From an uncultured Clostridia bacterium (GTDB lineage Bacteria; Bacillota; Clostridia; Oscillospirales; Acutalibacteraceae): a DNA stretch of 34,697 nucleotides. Location of the stretch: NCBI GenBank assembly GCA_946626015.1, contig CAMOTT010000001.1, forward strand, positions 1-34,697, in the 5' to 3' direction. The position numbers were made by a program, and so were the translations under genes. A model generated the notes under the pieces. That model saw only the letters and a program-made list of their open reading frames with translations, had not been told where the DNA came from and searched no databases. Within the stretch, counting starts at the first letter, position 1, and each line of letters begins with the position of its first letter. Below, piece by piece: positions 8,145 through 16,562 of this stretch.

Positions 8145-8723
8145 TCAGTCCAGGTTGAGCTCCTTTGCAAGGTTTGAGTGGGAATTGTTGTCGCTTATTT
8201 TTTTTGCGGGGTTGCCCGCGATGGTTATGCCGTCATCGGTAAAGCTTTTTGTCACAACGCTGTTGGCGCCGATGGCAATGTCGCTGCCGATGGTTATTTT
8301 GCCGATTATCGAAGTGCAGGGACCGATAAACACATTGTCCCCCAGAACAGCGGCCTCGCTCTGACCGTTGGTGGCGCCGATGGTGACGCACTGATGTATT
8401 CGGCAGTTTTTGCCGATGCGCGCCGAGGGGTGCACAACGATGGGCCCCCAGTGGGCGATGGAAAGTCCCTCCTCAAAGGTATTGGGCGGAATGTGAAATC
8501 CGCAAAGCTTCCTGCCCTTTTTGCGGAGCCTGTAATGATACCAGACCGCTATTGCCTTGCCCAGCGGACCTTTTTTGCAGTTCATGTAATACTCGGTCTT
8601 TCTGAGCATTATCTCATACTGCCATATCTCGTCCCCGGCAAGTCTGGGTTTTTTCCTCTTTTTATAAAGAGCTATCCTGTCCTGTTCCAGATAACGCTTC
8701 AGGTCGGCTTTGCTTTTTATCAT
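8145..8723 (-). CDS. Hexapeptide-repeat O-acetyltransferase (serine acetyltransferase-like, EPS-type)
   Basis: Left-handed beta-helix repeats (ARIGKNCRIHQCVTIGAT, LGDNVFIGPCTSIIGKITIGSDIAIGANSVV) follow an N-terminal helical region MIKSKADLKRYLEQD that is typical of CPS acetyltransferases. Start placed at ATG 8723 (RBS GGGGAAAGAG); the ORF track uses an upstream GTG at 8750. Confidence 0.8.
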   Translation of the reverse strand: MIKSKADLKRYLEQDRIALYKKRKKPRLAGDEIWQYEIMLRKTEYYMNCKKGPLGKAIAVWYHYRLRKKGRKLCGFHIPPNTFEEGLSIAHWGPIVVHPSARIGKNCRIHQCVTIGATNGQSEAAVLGDNVFIGPCTSIIGKITIGSDIAIGANSVVTKSFTDDGITIAGNPAKKISDNNSHSNLAKELNLD

Positions 8724-9798
8724 TGACTCTTTCCCCTTTGATTTTTTCACCGCTCACGGCGCGCAGCAGATAATCGCCGCTGTCCTGGCGGATGCTGTCG
8801 ATGTATTTATAAACTTTATCGTAATCTATTTTTTCATCGCTTTCGGCGGTGATATCCCTGTTGCCTATGCCGAACTGGTCAAGCAGGGCGGCGATTTTTC
8901 TGACCCTGCTGTCGATGGAGGCGTAGACCCGGAAATCCTTTCGGTTCAGGATGGAGAAAACCACGCCGTGGAACGTTCCGGTGTAAACGTACTCCGCTCT
9001 TCTGAACAGCTCCGCCCACTCAAAGGGGTCAAGCCTTACCGACATCTGAGAATACAGTTTATCGTATTCCCCGGCGCCCAGGACCTCATACCCTTTTTCT
9101 CTGGCGCTGTCCGCCAGCTTCTTTTTAAGCTCACGGGGTATGCCGTTGCAGTAGTAGAACAGCACGTAGGGCTTTTCGGTGAGCCGGTTTATCTTCTCGT
9201 TGTCTATCTTCGGCGTAGGTGTGAGGAAGGTTGGGTCGCACACAAGCTGCGGCGTGACGCCTAAGGCGTTCCGGCACAAAGCCTGGGCGCTTTTATCTCT
9301 TGCGGAAAGGGCGGTAAAGCCGCTCATGGCTTTGAGCACCTTTTCCGGCGCGTCCCCACCGGAGGCTTTGCCCGCGCTGGGGGCGTAGGCTACTATTCTT
9401 TCGCAGTCAAGACCGCCGCTGAATTTTATCATTGAAAAGCCTTTGGGGTCAAGATAATTCCAGACCTCGTCGCTGCCGATCACTATGCAGTCAAGTCCAA
9501 GGGAATTTATCTGCCCTGCGTTGTAGACTTTTTTTGTAAGATTAAGATACTTTTTCCGGTTCTTGGAAAAAATAGCAGGCTGGGTGATTTTGTTGAGCCA
9601 GGAAACCGGAGTCTCCGTTCCCGGATAAAACCTGAAAAAACCGCCCACGTTTATTATGTTCTGTTTGGGAATTATGTAGTTGATGATAAAGACCTGATCC
9701 TCCGGGAAAAGAGCCTTGAGTTTTTCCTGCAAAGCCCAGCCCTGAAGAAACGCGCCGAAATTATTTATGGTGTGATGAGTCAAAATACCTATCTTCAT
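8662..9798 (-). CDS. Polysaccharide pyruvyl transferase family protein
   Basis: N-terminus MKIGILTHHTINNFGAFLQGWALQ and overall length match my recollection of CsaB/WcaK-type pyruvyl transferases; needs HMM confirmation (PF04230). Start at ATG 9798 with RBS AAAGGAAA; the track start is 9819. The 3' end overlaps the acetyltransferase gene by about 62 nt. Confidence 0.7.
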   Translation of the reverse strand: MKIGILTHHTINNFGAFLQGWALQEKLKALFPEDQVFIINYIIPKQNIINVGGFFRFYPGTETPVSWLNKITQPAIFSKNRKKYLNLTKKVYNAGQINSLGLDCIVIGSDEVWNYLDPKGFSMIKFSGGLDCERIVAYAPSAGKASGGDAPEKVLKAMSGFTALSARDKSAQALCRNALGVTPQLVCDPTFLTPTPKIDNEKINRLTEKPYVLFYYCNGIPRELKKKLADSAREKGYEVLGAGEYDKLYSQMSVRLDPFEWAELFRRAEYVYTGTFHGVVFSILNRKDFRVYASIDSRVRKIAALLDQFGIGNRDITAESDEKIDYDKVYKYIDSIRQDSGDYLLRAVSGEKIKGERVNDKKQSRPEALSGTGQDSSL

Positions 9799-9836
9799 AA
9801 TTGTTTTCCTTTGCGTCATCGGCTGTCAGGCCGGTT

Positions 9837-10940
9837 TCATTTTATTCCGTTATACAGCTCCAGATAGAGCTCCTGCATCCGCGCCGCCTCAAACCTGATA
9901 TCGTAACCGGCGGCTTTCAGCTCGGCGCCCCGGTTCACCCTCTCCCTTTGCTCAAAATCAAGTATGGCCTTTGCCCATTTGAGAGGCTCCTCGTTTATGC
10001 TCATAAACTTGACGTTGTCCGTCACCTTGACCTCGGGGGTGATTGAGCCGGACATGGCGCAGGGAAGATCCGCCGCCTGAGCCTCCACGGCAACCACCGG
10101 CAGACCCTCGTTTTTGGAGGTCATGATAAAAACGTCAAAGGCGCTGTACCACTCGTTGACGTTGGTCTGCACCCCGGTGTAAGTCACGTGATCCGCTATC
10201 CCCAGCTCCGCCGTGTGTTTTTTCATCTCTTCCTCAAGCTCACCTGTGCCCACCATGACAAGATGGGTGTTGGGGTTGAGCCGGTGCATCTCGGCGAAGA
10301 TATCCAAAATCATTTTCTGGTTCTTTTGGGGCGTGAGTCTGCCCACGTGACCCAAAATGAACTTGTCGCCAAAGCCGTACTGTCTGCGGATAGCCGCCCT
10401 GGCCTCACTGTTGAAAGCAAAATCATCCACGTTTATGGCGTTATGTATGAGCTGATGTTTTTCGTTCCAGCGTTTTTCGGAAAAATAGAATTTGCCTGCC
10501 GCCTCAGAACAGCCCCAATAGTCTGTGGCAACGTATTTTATCATCGGGCGCATCAGCTTTTTAAGCTCGTTTTTAATGCCGAAGGGCACCGCGGTGGCGT
10601 GGGCGTGGGCTATCCGCACCGGGATATTATTCTTTTTTGCGGACTCCAGCGCGTAGAGCATAAGGGCGCCGTTGTGGGTGTGTATGATCTTGTACTCCGG
10701 GTGCTCCCTGAACAGCCCGGTCATGTAGTCAAGATATTTGCGGTAGCTCATAAATCCGGGGGATATAAAGATCCTACCGCCCATGGCTCTGATCTCTTCA
10801 TCATAGTCGCCGGGAGCCGGTTTGTTGGCAAGGAAGTCAAACTGGACCTGTTCCCTGTCCACGTTCCGGTAGAAATTCATCAGCATCGTTTCAATGCCGC
10901 CCCTATCCATATTGCTCACCGAATGTAAAATCCTGATCAT
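9837..10940 (-). CDS. Glycosyltransferase, GT4 family (GT-B fold)
   Basis: N-terminus MIRILHSVSNMDRGGIETMLMN, and C-terminal E-x7-E motif NEGLPVVAVEAQ. ATG 10940 is preceded by AGAGGTG; the track start is a TTG at 10961. Confidence 0.85.
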   Translation of the reverse strand: MIRILHSVSNMDRGGIETMLMNFYRNVDREQVQFDFLANKPAPGDYDEEIRAMGGRIFISPGFMSYRKYLDYMTGLFREHPEYKIIHTHNGALMLYALESAKKNNIPVRIAHAHATAVPFGIKNELKKLMRPMIKYVATDYWGCSEAAGKFYFSEKRWNEKHQLIHNAINVDDFAFNSEARAAIRRQYGFGDKFILGHVGRLTPQKNQKMILDIFAEMHRLNPNTHLVMVGTGELEEEMKKHTAELGIADHVTYTGVQTNVNEWYSAFDVFIMTSKNEGLPVVAVEAQAADLPCAMSGSITPEVKVTDNVKFMSINEEPLKWAKAILDFEQRERVNRGAELKAAGYDIRFEAARMQELYLELYNGIK

Positions 10941-10968
10941 ATCCACACCTCTGAAGCGCAAGCTTTTG

Positions 10969-12372
10969 TTACTTTTCTATCCTCATTTTGGGTTCTCTCC
11001 GCCATTCTTTCTCCTTTTGCCTTTTCCTGTGCAGCCATCTTTCAAACCTGTTCATCCTGAACACGTCTGTTTCTTTTAAGACTATACTCTTTACCGGGGC
11101 AAAGAAGAACGAAAGCGGTATCATTCTGATAACCATGCTGGACCAGTAATAGAACATGGTGTTGTCCGTCATATAAGTGACGAGCATATAGATGTTTATT
11201 ACAATAAAACATACGGCTGTTTTTTCCCCGCACCTGTCTATATACCAACGGGTCTGGTAGATATAGTAGCCCAATATCCATGCGGCAAAGCCCCAGAAGC
11301 CCATTTCAACGTACATCTTAAGGATGTCGTTATGGACAGCGTTGATGTTGACCACCTGATCCTTGGTTCCCTTCATGCTTTTGAGCAGGTGGACGCAGAA
11401 CTCATAGCCCTTGCCCCGGTAGGAGGGGGATACTTTATAGAAGTTGGAGATGTAATCGTAGATCCTCTCTCTGCCGTTGAGCTCGATATCGTGCTCGATG
11501 CAAAATTTTGTAAAAGTGCCGTCTTGTATGATAACGATATAAAAATAACAGAATATAACGATGATGACGGCTGACAGCATCAGGGTGACTCTCTTGCCCC
11601 TTGGCCCCAGGAGCATACAGAAGCACGCAAACAGGGCAGCCACAAGCAGGCTCAGGAAAGCTATTCGTTTCAAGCCCGCGAAGAAAAAGAACAGCGCAGT
11701 CGCGGCGTAAAGATACCTGTATTTTTCGCCGGGAGTGAAAAACAGGAAATAAAGCACATACACGCCCATAACAAAGGTGATGTCGTGTATCTCAATGGCC
11801 CTTATAAACTTTGAGTTGACTATAACGTCGTTGGCGCCGAAGGAGGTGATATTGGCTATCAGATCCCTGAGCGCGCCGACCGGACCGGTGCTGGCCATAC
11901 CCAAAAGTATTATCACAAAATTGGCGGCCGCAAGGCCGAAGAAGGTGTATTTCGCCGCTTTATCCTCAAACATATATACGGCGCACAAAACTATGGCGAT
12001 ATTCAAAAACTGATAGGATATTTTTGAGACGCCTTTAACGATATAACCGATGGTTTGAAAATCAATGATCCATGTGAGGATCGAGCACAGGATTATGCCG
12101 ATTATTATTGAGGAAAACAGCAGTCCGAAACGGGACAGAAGCTTAAAATTCCTGAAATTCCCGGTCCACAGCACATATGCCGCCGCAAGCCCGACAACTC
12201 CCACGGAAACAACCTTGGGCAGAGCGCCTAAAGCGATGTTGAGCACTTTCCAGTCTCCCATGGCGGCACCGAAAATAAAGAATATGTACAGACCGATAAA
12301 TATTTTGGAATTTTTTGTGTATAGCTCTTTCATTTCGCCCTGCTTTCGTATCTTTTTCGTGTTTGATACCAT
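10969..12372 (-). CDS. Wzy-like polysaccharide polymerase / O-antigen-ligase-family membrane protein
   Basis: 467-aa polytopic membrane protein with about 10-12 hydrophobic helices and one larger loop, located among glycosyltransferases in a locus that also has Wzx. The family call rests on topology and context, not a diagnostic motif. Alternative start at MKELY (12333). Confidence 0.6.
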   Translation of the reverse strand: MVSNTKKIRKQGEMKELYTKNSKIFIGLYIFFIFGAAMGDWKVLNIALGALPKVVSVGVVGLAAAYVLWTGNFRNFKLLSRFGLLFSSIIIGIILCSILTWIIDFQTIGYIVKGVSKISYQFLNIAIVLCAVYMFEDKAAKYTFFGLAAANFVIILLGMASTGPVGALRDLIANITSFGANDVIVNSKFIRAIEIHDITFVMGVYVLYFLFFTPGEKYRYLYAATALFFFFAGLKRIAFLSLLVAALFACFCMLLGPRGKRVTLMLSAVIIVIFCYFYIVIIQDGTFTKFCIEHDIELNGRERIYDYISNFYKVSPSYRGKGYEFCVHLLKSMKGTKDQVVNINAVHNDILKMYVEMGFWGFAAWILGYYIYQTRWYIDRCGEKTAVCFIVINIYMLVTYMTDNTMFYYWSSMVIRMIPLSFFFAPVKSIVLKETDVFRMNRFERWLHRKRQKEKEWRREPKMRIEK

Positions 12373-12411
12373 CGCCGGATTTTTTGATCGTTATTTATTG
12401 AAAAATTTATC

Positions 12412-13521
12412 TTATTTTTTTATTTTCAAAATTCGTTTGTATAGGCCGCAGCACACGTTGTACCGTTTATCGCCGGTCAGAAGCCAATCCATTTTTCCGA
12501 ATTTTTTCTTTTTGATGAGGATGGCGGGCAGAGCCCATTCCTCCCTGTGGCTCTTTTGGGCGTCAAAGCATTTTATCGCGCTCTTGTACGGCTCGGTTTC
12601 GATTATATTCAGAAAATCCTGTTTTCTTTCTTCTTTGCTGTGGGGGTTATCCTTGTGGAAAACGTTCAGGCGCATACAATCGATAAGCATGGACATCACC
12701 CGGTTGTTGAGGTACCTCTCCTCCACCTCCGCGTCTCCCGGAAAATATTCGTTTTTGCAGGCTTCAAGATGCCCGTGGAGGGATTGCAAGACGGGAACAA
12801 GGTCTTTGCTGTATCTGCGGGTTATCCCCTGAGGATTGTTCCTGTAATAGTACATAACATAGGGCAGGTAGGCAACCTTCTGCGCGTAATAATATGCCCT
12901 TGTATTAAAAACGCTGTCCTGGGCTTTTTTCTGCCCGTCCGGGAACAGCAGGTCGTTGCCGGTCAAAAAATCTTTTCTGTAAAGAGCCGCCCATGCCGCG
13001 TGGTAGAAGGCAGTTGAGGGCAGGCCGATTTTTCCGGCTATGCTGGTATCAAGGCAAAGGCAGGAGATGCTGAGCTCCCTGCCTGCCTCGCGGGGCAGCT
13101 CCGTCAGTTCAGTAACGGCGCAGGGCTGTTCCTCCTGTTTTTTCTCCGCGAACTTCAGCCTGTCGTAAATTATGATATCGTAATCGGTTTCGCAGAGCTT
13201 ATCAAGGGCGGTCGCAACAAAATAGTCGGAGAGCAGGTCGTCGCCGTCCGCAAAAAGGATCCACTTGCCCGCGGCCTCCTCGATGGTGCGGTTCCTGACA
13301 CGGCTGAGTCCGCCGTTTTGTTCCATTTTTATGTACCTGACCCTGCTGTCCTGCGCGGCATATTCCCGGCACACCTCGCCGGAATTGTTGGTTGAGCAAT
13401 CGTCAATGAGGAGCAGCTCTGTTTCGTCGGTGAGCTGCCTTACGGTGCTTTCGATGTTCTCTCTCAGGAGGTTCTCTTCAATATTGTAGATCGCCGTTCC
13501 GATGCTCAGTTTGACAGCCAT
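12412..13521 (-). CDS. Glycosyltransferase, GT2 family (GT-A fold)
   Basis: N-terminal GT2 pattern LSIGTAIYNIEENL...LLLIDDCSTNNSGE...LFADGDD (DxD). RBS GGGGAAAGAGAG. Confidence 0.85.
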   Translation of the reverse strand: MAVKLSIGTAIYNIEENLLRENIESTVRQLTDETELLLIDDCSTNNSGEVCREYAAQDSRVRYIKMEQNGGLSRVRNRTIEEAAGKWILFADGDDLLSDYFVATALDKLCETDYDIIIYDRLKFAEKKQEEQPCAVTELTELPREAGRELSISCLCLDTSIAGKIGLPSTAFYHAAWAALYRKDFLTGNDLLFPDGQKKAQDSVFNTRAYYYAQKVAYLPYVMYYYRNNPQGITRRYSKDLVPVLQSLHGHLEACKNEYFPGDAEVEERYLNNRVMSMLIDCMRLNVFHKDNPHSKEERKQDFLNIIETEPYKSAIKCFDAQKSHREEWALPAILIKKKKFGKMDWLLTGDKRYNVCCGLYKRILKIKK

Positions 13522-13760
13522 AATTTGTTTCTCTCTTTCCCCTGTGCTTCATACGCTTTGATTTTCCGCCGTTTGCGTTATAGGTGCAACAAAGCAGTCC
13601 TAATATTTGCCTTTTTTGCAAAAAAAGAATACACAAAAGACAAAATACTTGGACTTTAACCTTTAGTATAGTAAAAAATTGCGGAAAAATCAACAAAAAA
13701 AACAAAAAATCTTTAAAATATCAAGTATTTTTTCTTGTAAGGCATTATCATGTGCTCAAC

Positions 13761-13789
13761 TTGACAAGCAAACCGCCGTACTGTATAAT
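13761..13789 (+). promoter_or_regulatory. Consensus sigma-A promoter for the TagF-like gene
   Basis: TTGACA (13761-13766), 17 nt, TATAAT (13784-13789). Both hexamers are perfect. It lies 40 nt upstream of ATG 13829. Confidence 0.75.
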
Positions 13790-13828
13790 TTAGACAATTA
13801 TAAACATAAACAAGGAACAGTGAAAAAT

Positions 13829-14998
13829 ATGTATAAAATCAAACGATTGTTCATCTATATCCGCGTTTTTCTTATGATGCTGGCAGCTGAGACAGCCGGG
13901 CTTTTCCTCCGGCGCAGCAAAGCCTTCAAGGATCTTTGGATAGTTGCCGAAAGGGGCATTGACGCCCGGGACAACGGCTACCACTTTTTCAAATTTTTGA
14001 AAAGGGAGCACCCGGAGATAAACTCTGTCTACATCATCACAAAGGACTCCCCCGACAGGGGCAAGGTGGCCGCCTGCGGCGAAACGGTGAACTACGGAAG
14101 CTTCCGGCATTATTTATGTTTTGCCCTTGCAACGGTCAGGGTGAGCACCCATATTGACGGATACTCCCCGGACATCCTGTTCTTCAACAAATTCGGCAGG
14201 CTCTTCCCCTGCAAAGCAAAAAATATTTTCCTGCAGCACGGCATCATAAAAGACGACCTGACCTTCTGCCACGCCGACAACACGAACATAGATATGTTCG
14301 TCTGCTCCGCCGTGCCGGAATACGAATACATCGACAAGGTTTATGGGTATAAGGAGGGCGTATTGCAGCTCACCGGTCTGTGCAGGTTCGACAACCTGAA
14401 AAAGCCCGAACAGCCTTCCCGCAAAATTCTTTTTATGCCCACATGGCGCGCAAGCCTGCGCACCTGCAACAGGCAGACCTTCCTTGCAAGCGAATATTTC
14501 AAAAAATACAACTCGTTCCTCAACAGCCGCAAGCTCTCCGGGCTCCTTGAGAAATACGGCTACGGGCTGGTGTTCTACCCCCACTACGAGGTACAGCGTT
14601 TTATCGATTGCTTCAATACAGAGCTCCCCGGGGTGCAGATAGCCGATTTCAAGCACAACGACGTGCAGGAGCTGCTCATAAACAGCGATATACTTCTGAC
14701 CGATTATTCCAGCGTATATTTTGATTTCGGATATATGAGGAAGCCCATGGTATTTTACCAGTATGACGAGGCCGCGTTCCGCGCGGAGCAATACGGCAAA
14801 GGGTATTTCGATTACAAGCGCGACGGCTTCGGCGCCGTGGTGGAGACAGAGGATGAGGTGATCGAAAGCCTTGAGCACATACTCAAAAACGACCTGCGCC
14901 CCGATGACGTTTACCTCGGGAGGATGAACGCATTTTTCAAATTCAACGACGCAAACAACTGCCGCAGGGTCTACGAGGCGATCTGCAGGCTGCTTTAA
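13829..14998 (+). CDS. CDP-glycerol (or CDP-ribitol) glycerophosphotransferase, TagB/TagF family
   Basis: C-terminal TagF-type catalytic pattern (FMPTWR, LLINSDILLTDYSSVYFDFGYMRKPMVFYQYD, YGKGYFDY). Start at ATG 13829 (AAGGAA upstream); the track's upstream extension to 13679 would run through the promoter. The stop codon overlaps the wzx stop. Confidence 0.85.
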   Translation: MYKIKRLFIYIRVFLMMLAAETAGLFLRRSKAFKDLWIVAERGIDARDNGYHFFKFLKREHPEINSVYIITKDSPDRGKVAACGETVNYGSFRHYLCFALATVRVSTHIDGYSPDILFFNKFGRLFPCKAKNIFLQHGIIKDDLTFCHADNTNIDMFVCSAVPEYEYIDKVYGYKEGVLQLTGLCRFDNLKKPEQPSRKILFMPTWRASLRTCNRQTFLASEYFKKYNSFLNSRKLSGLLEKYGYGLVFYPHYEVQRFIDCFNTELPGVQIADFKHNDVQELLINSDILLTDYSSVYFDFGYMRKPMVFYQYDEAAFRAEQYGKGYFDYKRDGFGAVVETEDEVIESLEHILKNDLRPDDVYLGRMNAFFKFNDANNCRRVYEAICRLL

Positions 14999-16545
14999 TC
15001 CCGTCCCTTTTTCACCGTCAGCTTTTTGAGCCCAGTCACCTTAAGCGCAAAAGCTATCGAAGGCTTGAACTCCGGCAAAAAGCTGCTCCCCGCCAGGAAG
15101 AACACGTTGGCCACGACCGTGGCTATTATGCCGTAAACTATGATAGCCGGTATGCCCTCCAGCTTTATCCTGCCGCAAATAAAATAGCAGACAGCGCCGG
15201 AGAAGACGGTTATCGCAGAGTAAAGCCCCAGCTTGAGCATATATTTCCACTGCTTTTCCTCTGTGAAATAGTGCTTGAAGAGGGTTCTTGTACCCCAGGT
15301 GCACTCGATGAAGACTATGCAGAATATTGTTGAAAGCATTACGCCGCTGACCCCTATGAAGCGGACAAGGACGATGTTCAGCACAAAGTTGGTCACAGTC
15401 TCCGCTATCGGCCTGAACCTGTCCTGCCACCAAAGCCCTGCCGCCTGACGGTACATATAACACATCCTGCTGAAATGGGTGGTAAAGAAATACAGGCAGA
15501 AAATGAACATTATCCCATCGCCGAACATCATCTTTTGACCTACCCACAGCTTTATGAAGGGCTGAAGACAGGCCGCCATGCCCACGGTAAGCCAGGAGGA
15601 AAGCCACATATAAAGAAGCTGCAGCTTTTTGAAATCCTTGTAGTTTTTCTCCTTGGTCTCAATAACTATTGAATTGCCCACCGAGGCCGTAACGCTGTTG
15701 GAGATCAGGATCATTATGCCGGAAATTGAATTTATGACGTAATAGTAACTGTTGTATTTCGCAAGCTCGGTCAAGCCCAAAAACGCCGAAAGTACAATGC
15801 TGTCCAAAGAGTTCCGGAACACAAAGCTCAGCTTGCTAAGGAACATCCCGGCCACGCGCTTTTTGATCTGCTCTATATCAGACTTGGGCACCGAGCCCTC
15901 GCATTTGTACTGGGGGTACATCTTGTTTGAGATGATGTAGGTAGTGACGTTCTTAGCTATGGTGATCAGAGGCAAAACAATGGAGTAAACATAATAGTTT
16001 TTGAAGAGTATTATAACCGCCACCTGAACAACGGTGGAAACGATTTTGAACACGGAATAAATATTGTTGTTGATCGAATATCTCTGATCCGCAGTAAACA
16101 GGGAAGACCTGTACGCGAAAAAGATATACGAAAGCACCGTGTTGAAAAGATTTATATAGAAAAGGATGTATAGGTTCATCCCGTCCGGCAGATCCTTGTT
16201 GACGATCAGCGGCAAAAACGGTGAGATCGCAAGGCCGAGAACGGTCATTATAAGAGCTATCCACCTGTACACGGTCCGGTACAGCTTGAGCAGAGCGCAC
16301 ACCGCCGGGGTATCGTTCTCCGCAAGGGGTTTATACATACTGTAAACCATTGCCGAGCTTATGCCCAGCTCAGTCAAAGACAAGATCTGCAAAATCGAAA
16401 CAAACAGGCTGTCCAGGCCGAGGTAGACCTCGCCCAGACAACGGATGAGTACCGTCCTCATAACAAAGTTGGCCAGCATTATGACCAGCTTGTTTACGAC
16501 CGATGTTATTATGTTCCTTTTCGCGTGCTGTGTTCTTGTTGCCAT
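14995..16545 (-). CDS. wzx: Wzx-type oligosaccharide flippase (MOP superfamily polysaccharide biosynthesis protein)
   Basis: 516-aa protein with about 14 predicted TM helices. The N-terminus (KRNIITSVVNKLVIMLANFVMRTVLIRCLGEVYLGLDSLF) is typical of Wzx/RfbX flippases. Confidence 0.8.
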   Translation of the reverse strand: MATRTQHAKRNIITSVVNKLVIMLANFVMRTVLIRCLGEVYLGLDSLFVSILQILSLTELGISSAMVYSMYKPLAENDTPAVCALLKLYRTVYRWIALIMTVLGLAISPFLPLIVNKDLPDGMNLYILFYINLFNTVLSYIFFAYRSSLFTADQRYSINNNIYSVFKIVSTVVQVAVIILFKNYYVYSIVLPLITIAKNVTTYIISNKMYPQYKCEGSVPKSDIEQIKKRVAGMFLSKLSFVFRNSLDSIVLSAFLGLTELAKYNSYYYVINSISGIMILISNSVTASVGNSIVIETKEKNYKDFKKLQLLYMWLSSWLTVGMAACLQPFIKLWVGQKMMFGDGIMFIFCLYFFTTHFSRMCYMYRQAAGLWWQDRFRPIAETVTNFVLNIVLVRFIGVSGVMLSTIFCIVFIECTWGTRTLFKHYFTEEKQWKYMLKLGLYSAITVFSGAVCYFICGRIKLEGIPAIIVYGIIATVVANVFFLAGSSFLPEFKPSIAFALKVTGLKKLTVKKGRD

Positions 16546-16562
16546 AAACTCTCAACCACTAA

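Noticed and set aside
10188-12832. 246-aa (10188-10928) and 255-aa (12065-12832) plus-strand ORFs across the GT4, Wzy and GT2 genes
   Set aside because: Both are antisense to minus-strand genes that have clear family motifs or topology. The second even spans an intergenic gap. Neither has a start context or domain signature.
13679-13828. N-terminal extensions given by the ORF track for the TagF-like gene (13679), the HAD gene (19151), the GT-C gene (31687), the FrhB-like gene (17777) and others
   Set aside because: The extensions are AT-rich, run across consensus -35/-10 elements or the preceding gene, and lack an RBS. Downstream in-frame starts with good Shine-Dalgarno sequences match the usual N-termini of the families.
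14114-14878. 254-aa minus-strand ORF antisense to the TagF-like gene
   Set aside because: The plus-strand frame carries the TagF catalytic motifs and has a consensus promoter. The antisense ORF has no RBS or family resemblance. Antisense transcription here is plausible (see findings), but a protein product is not supported.
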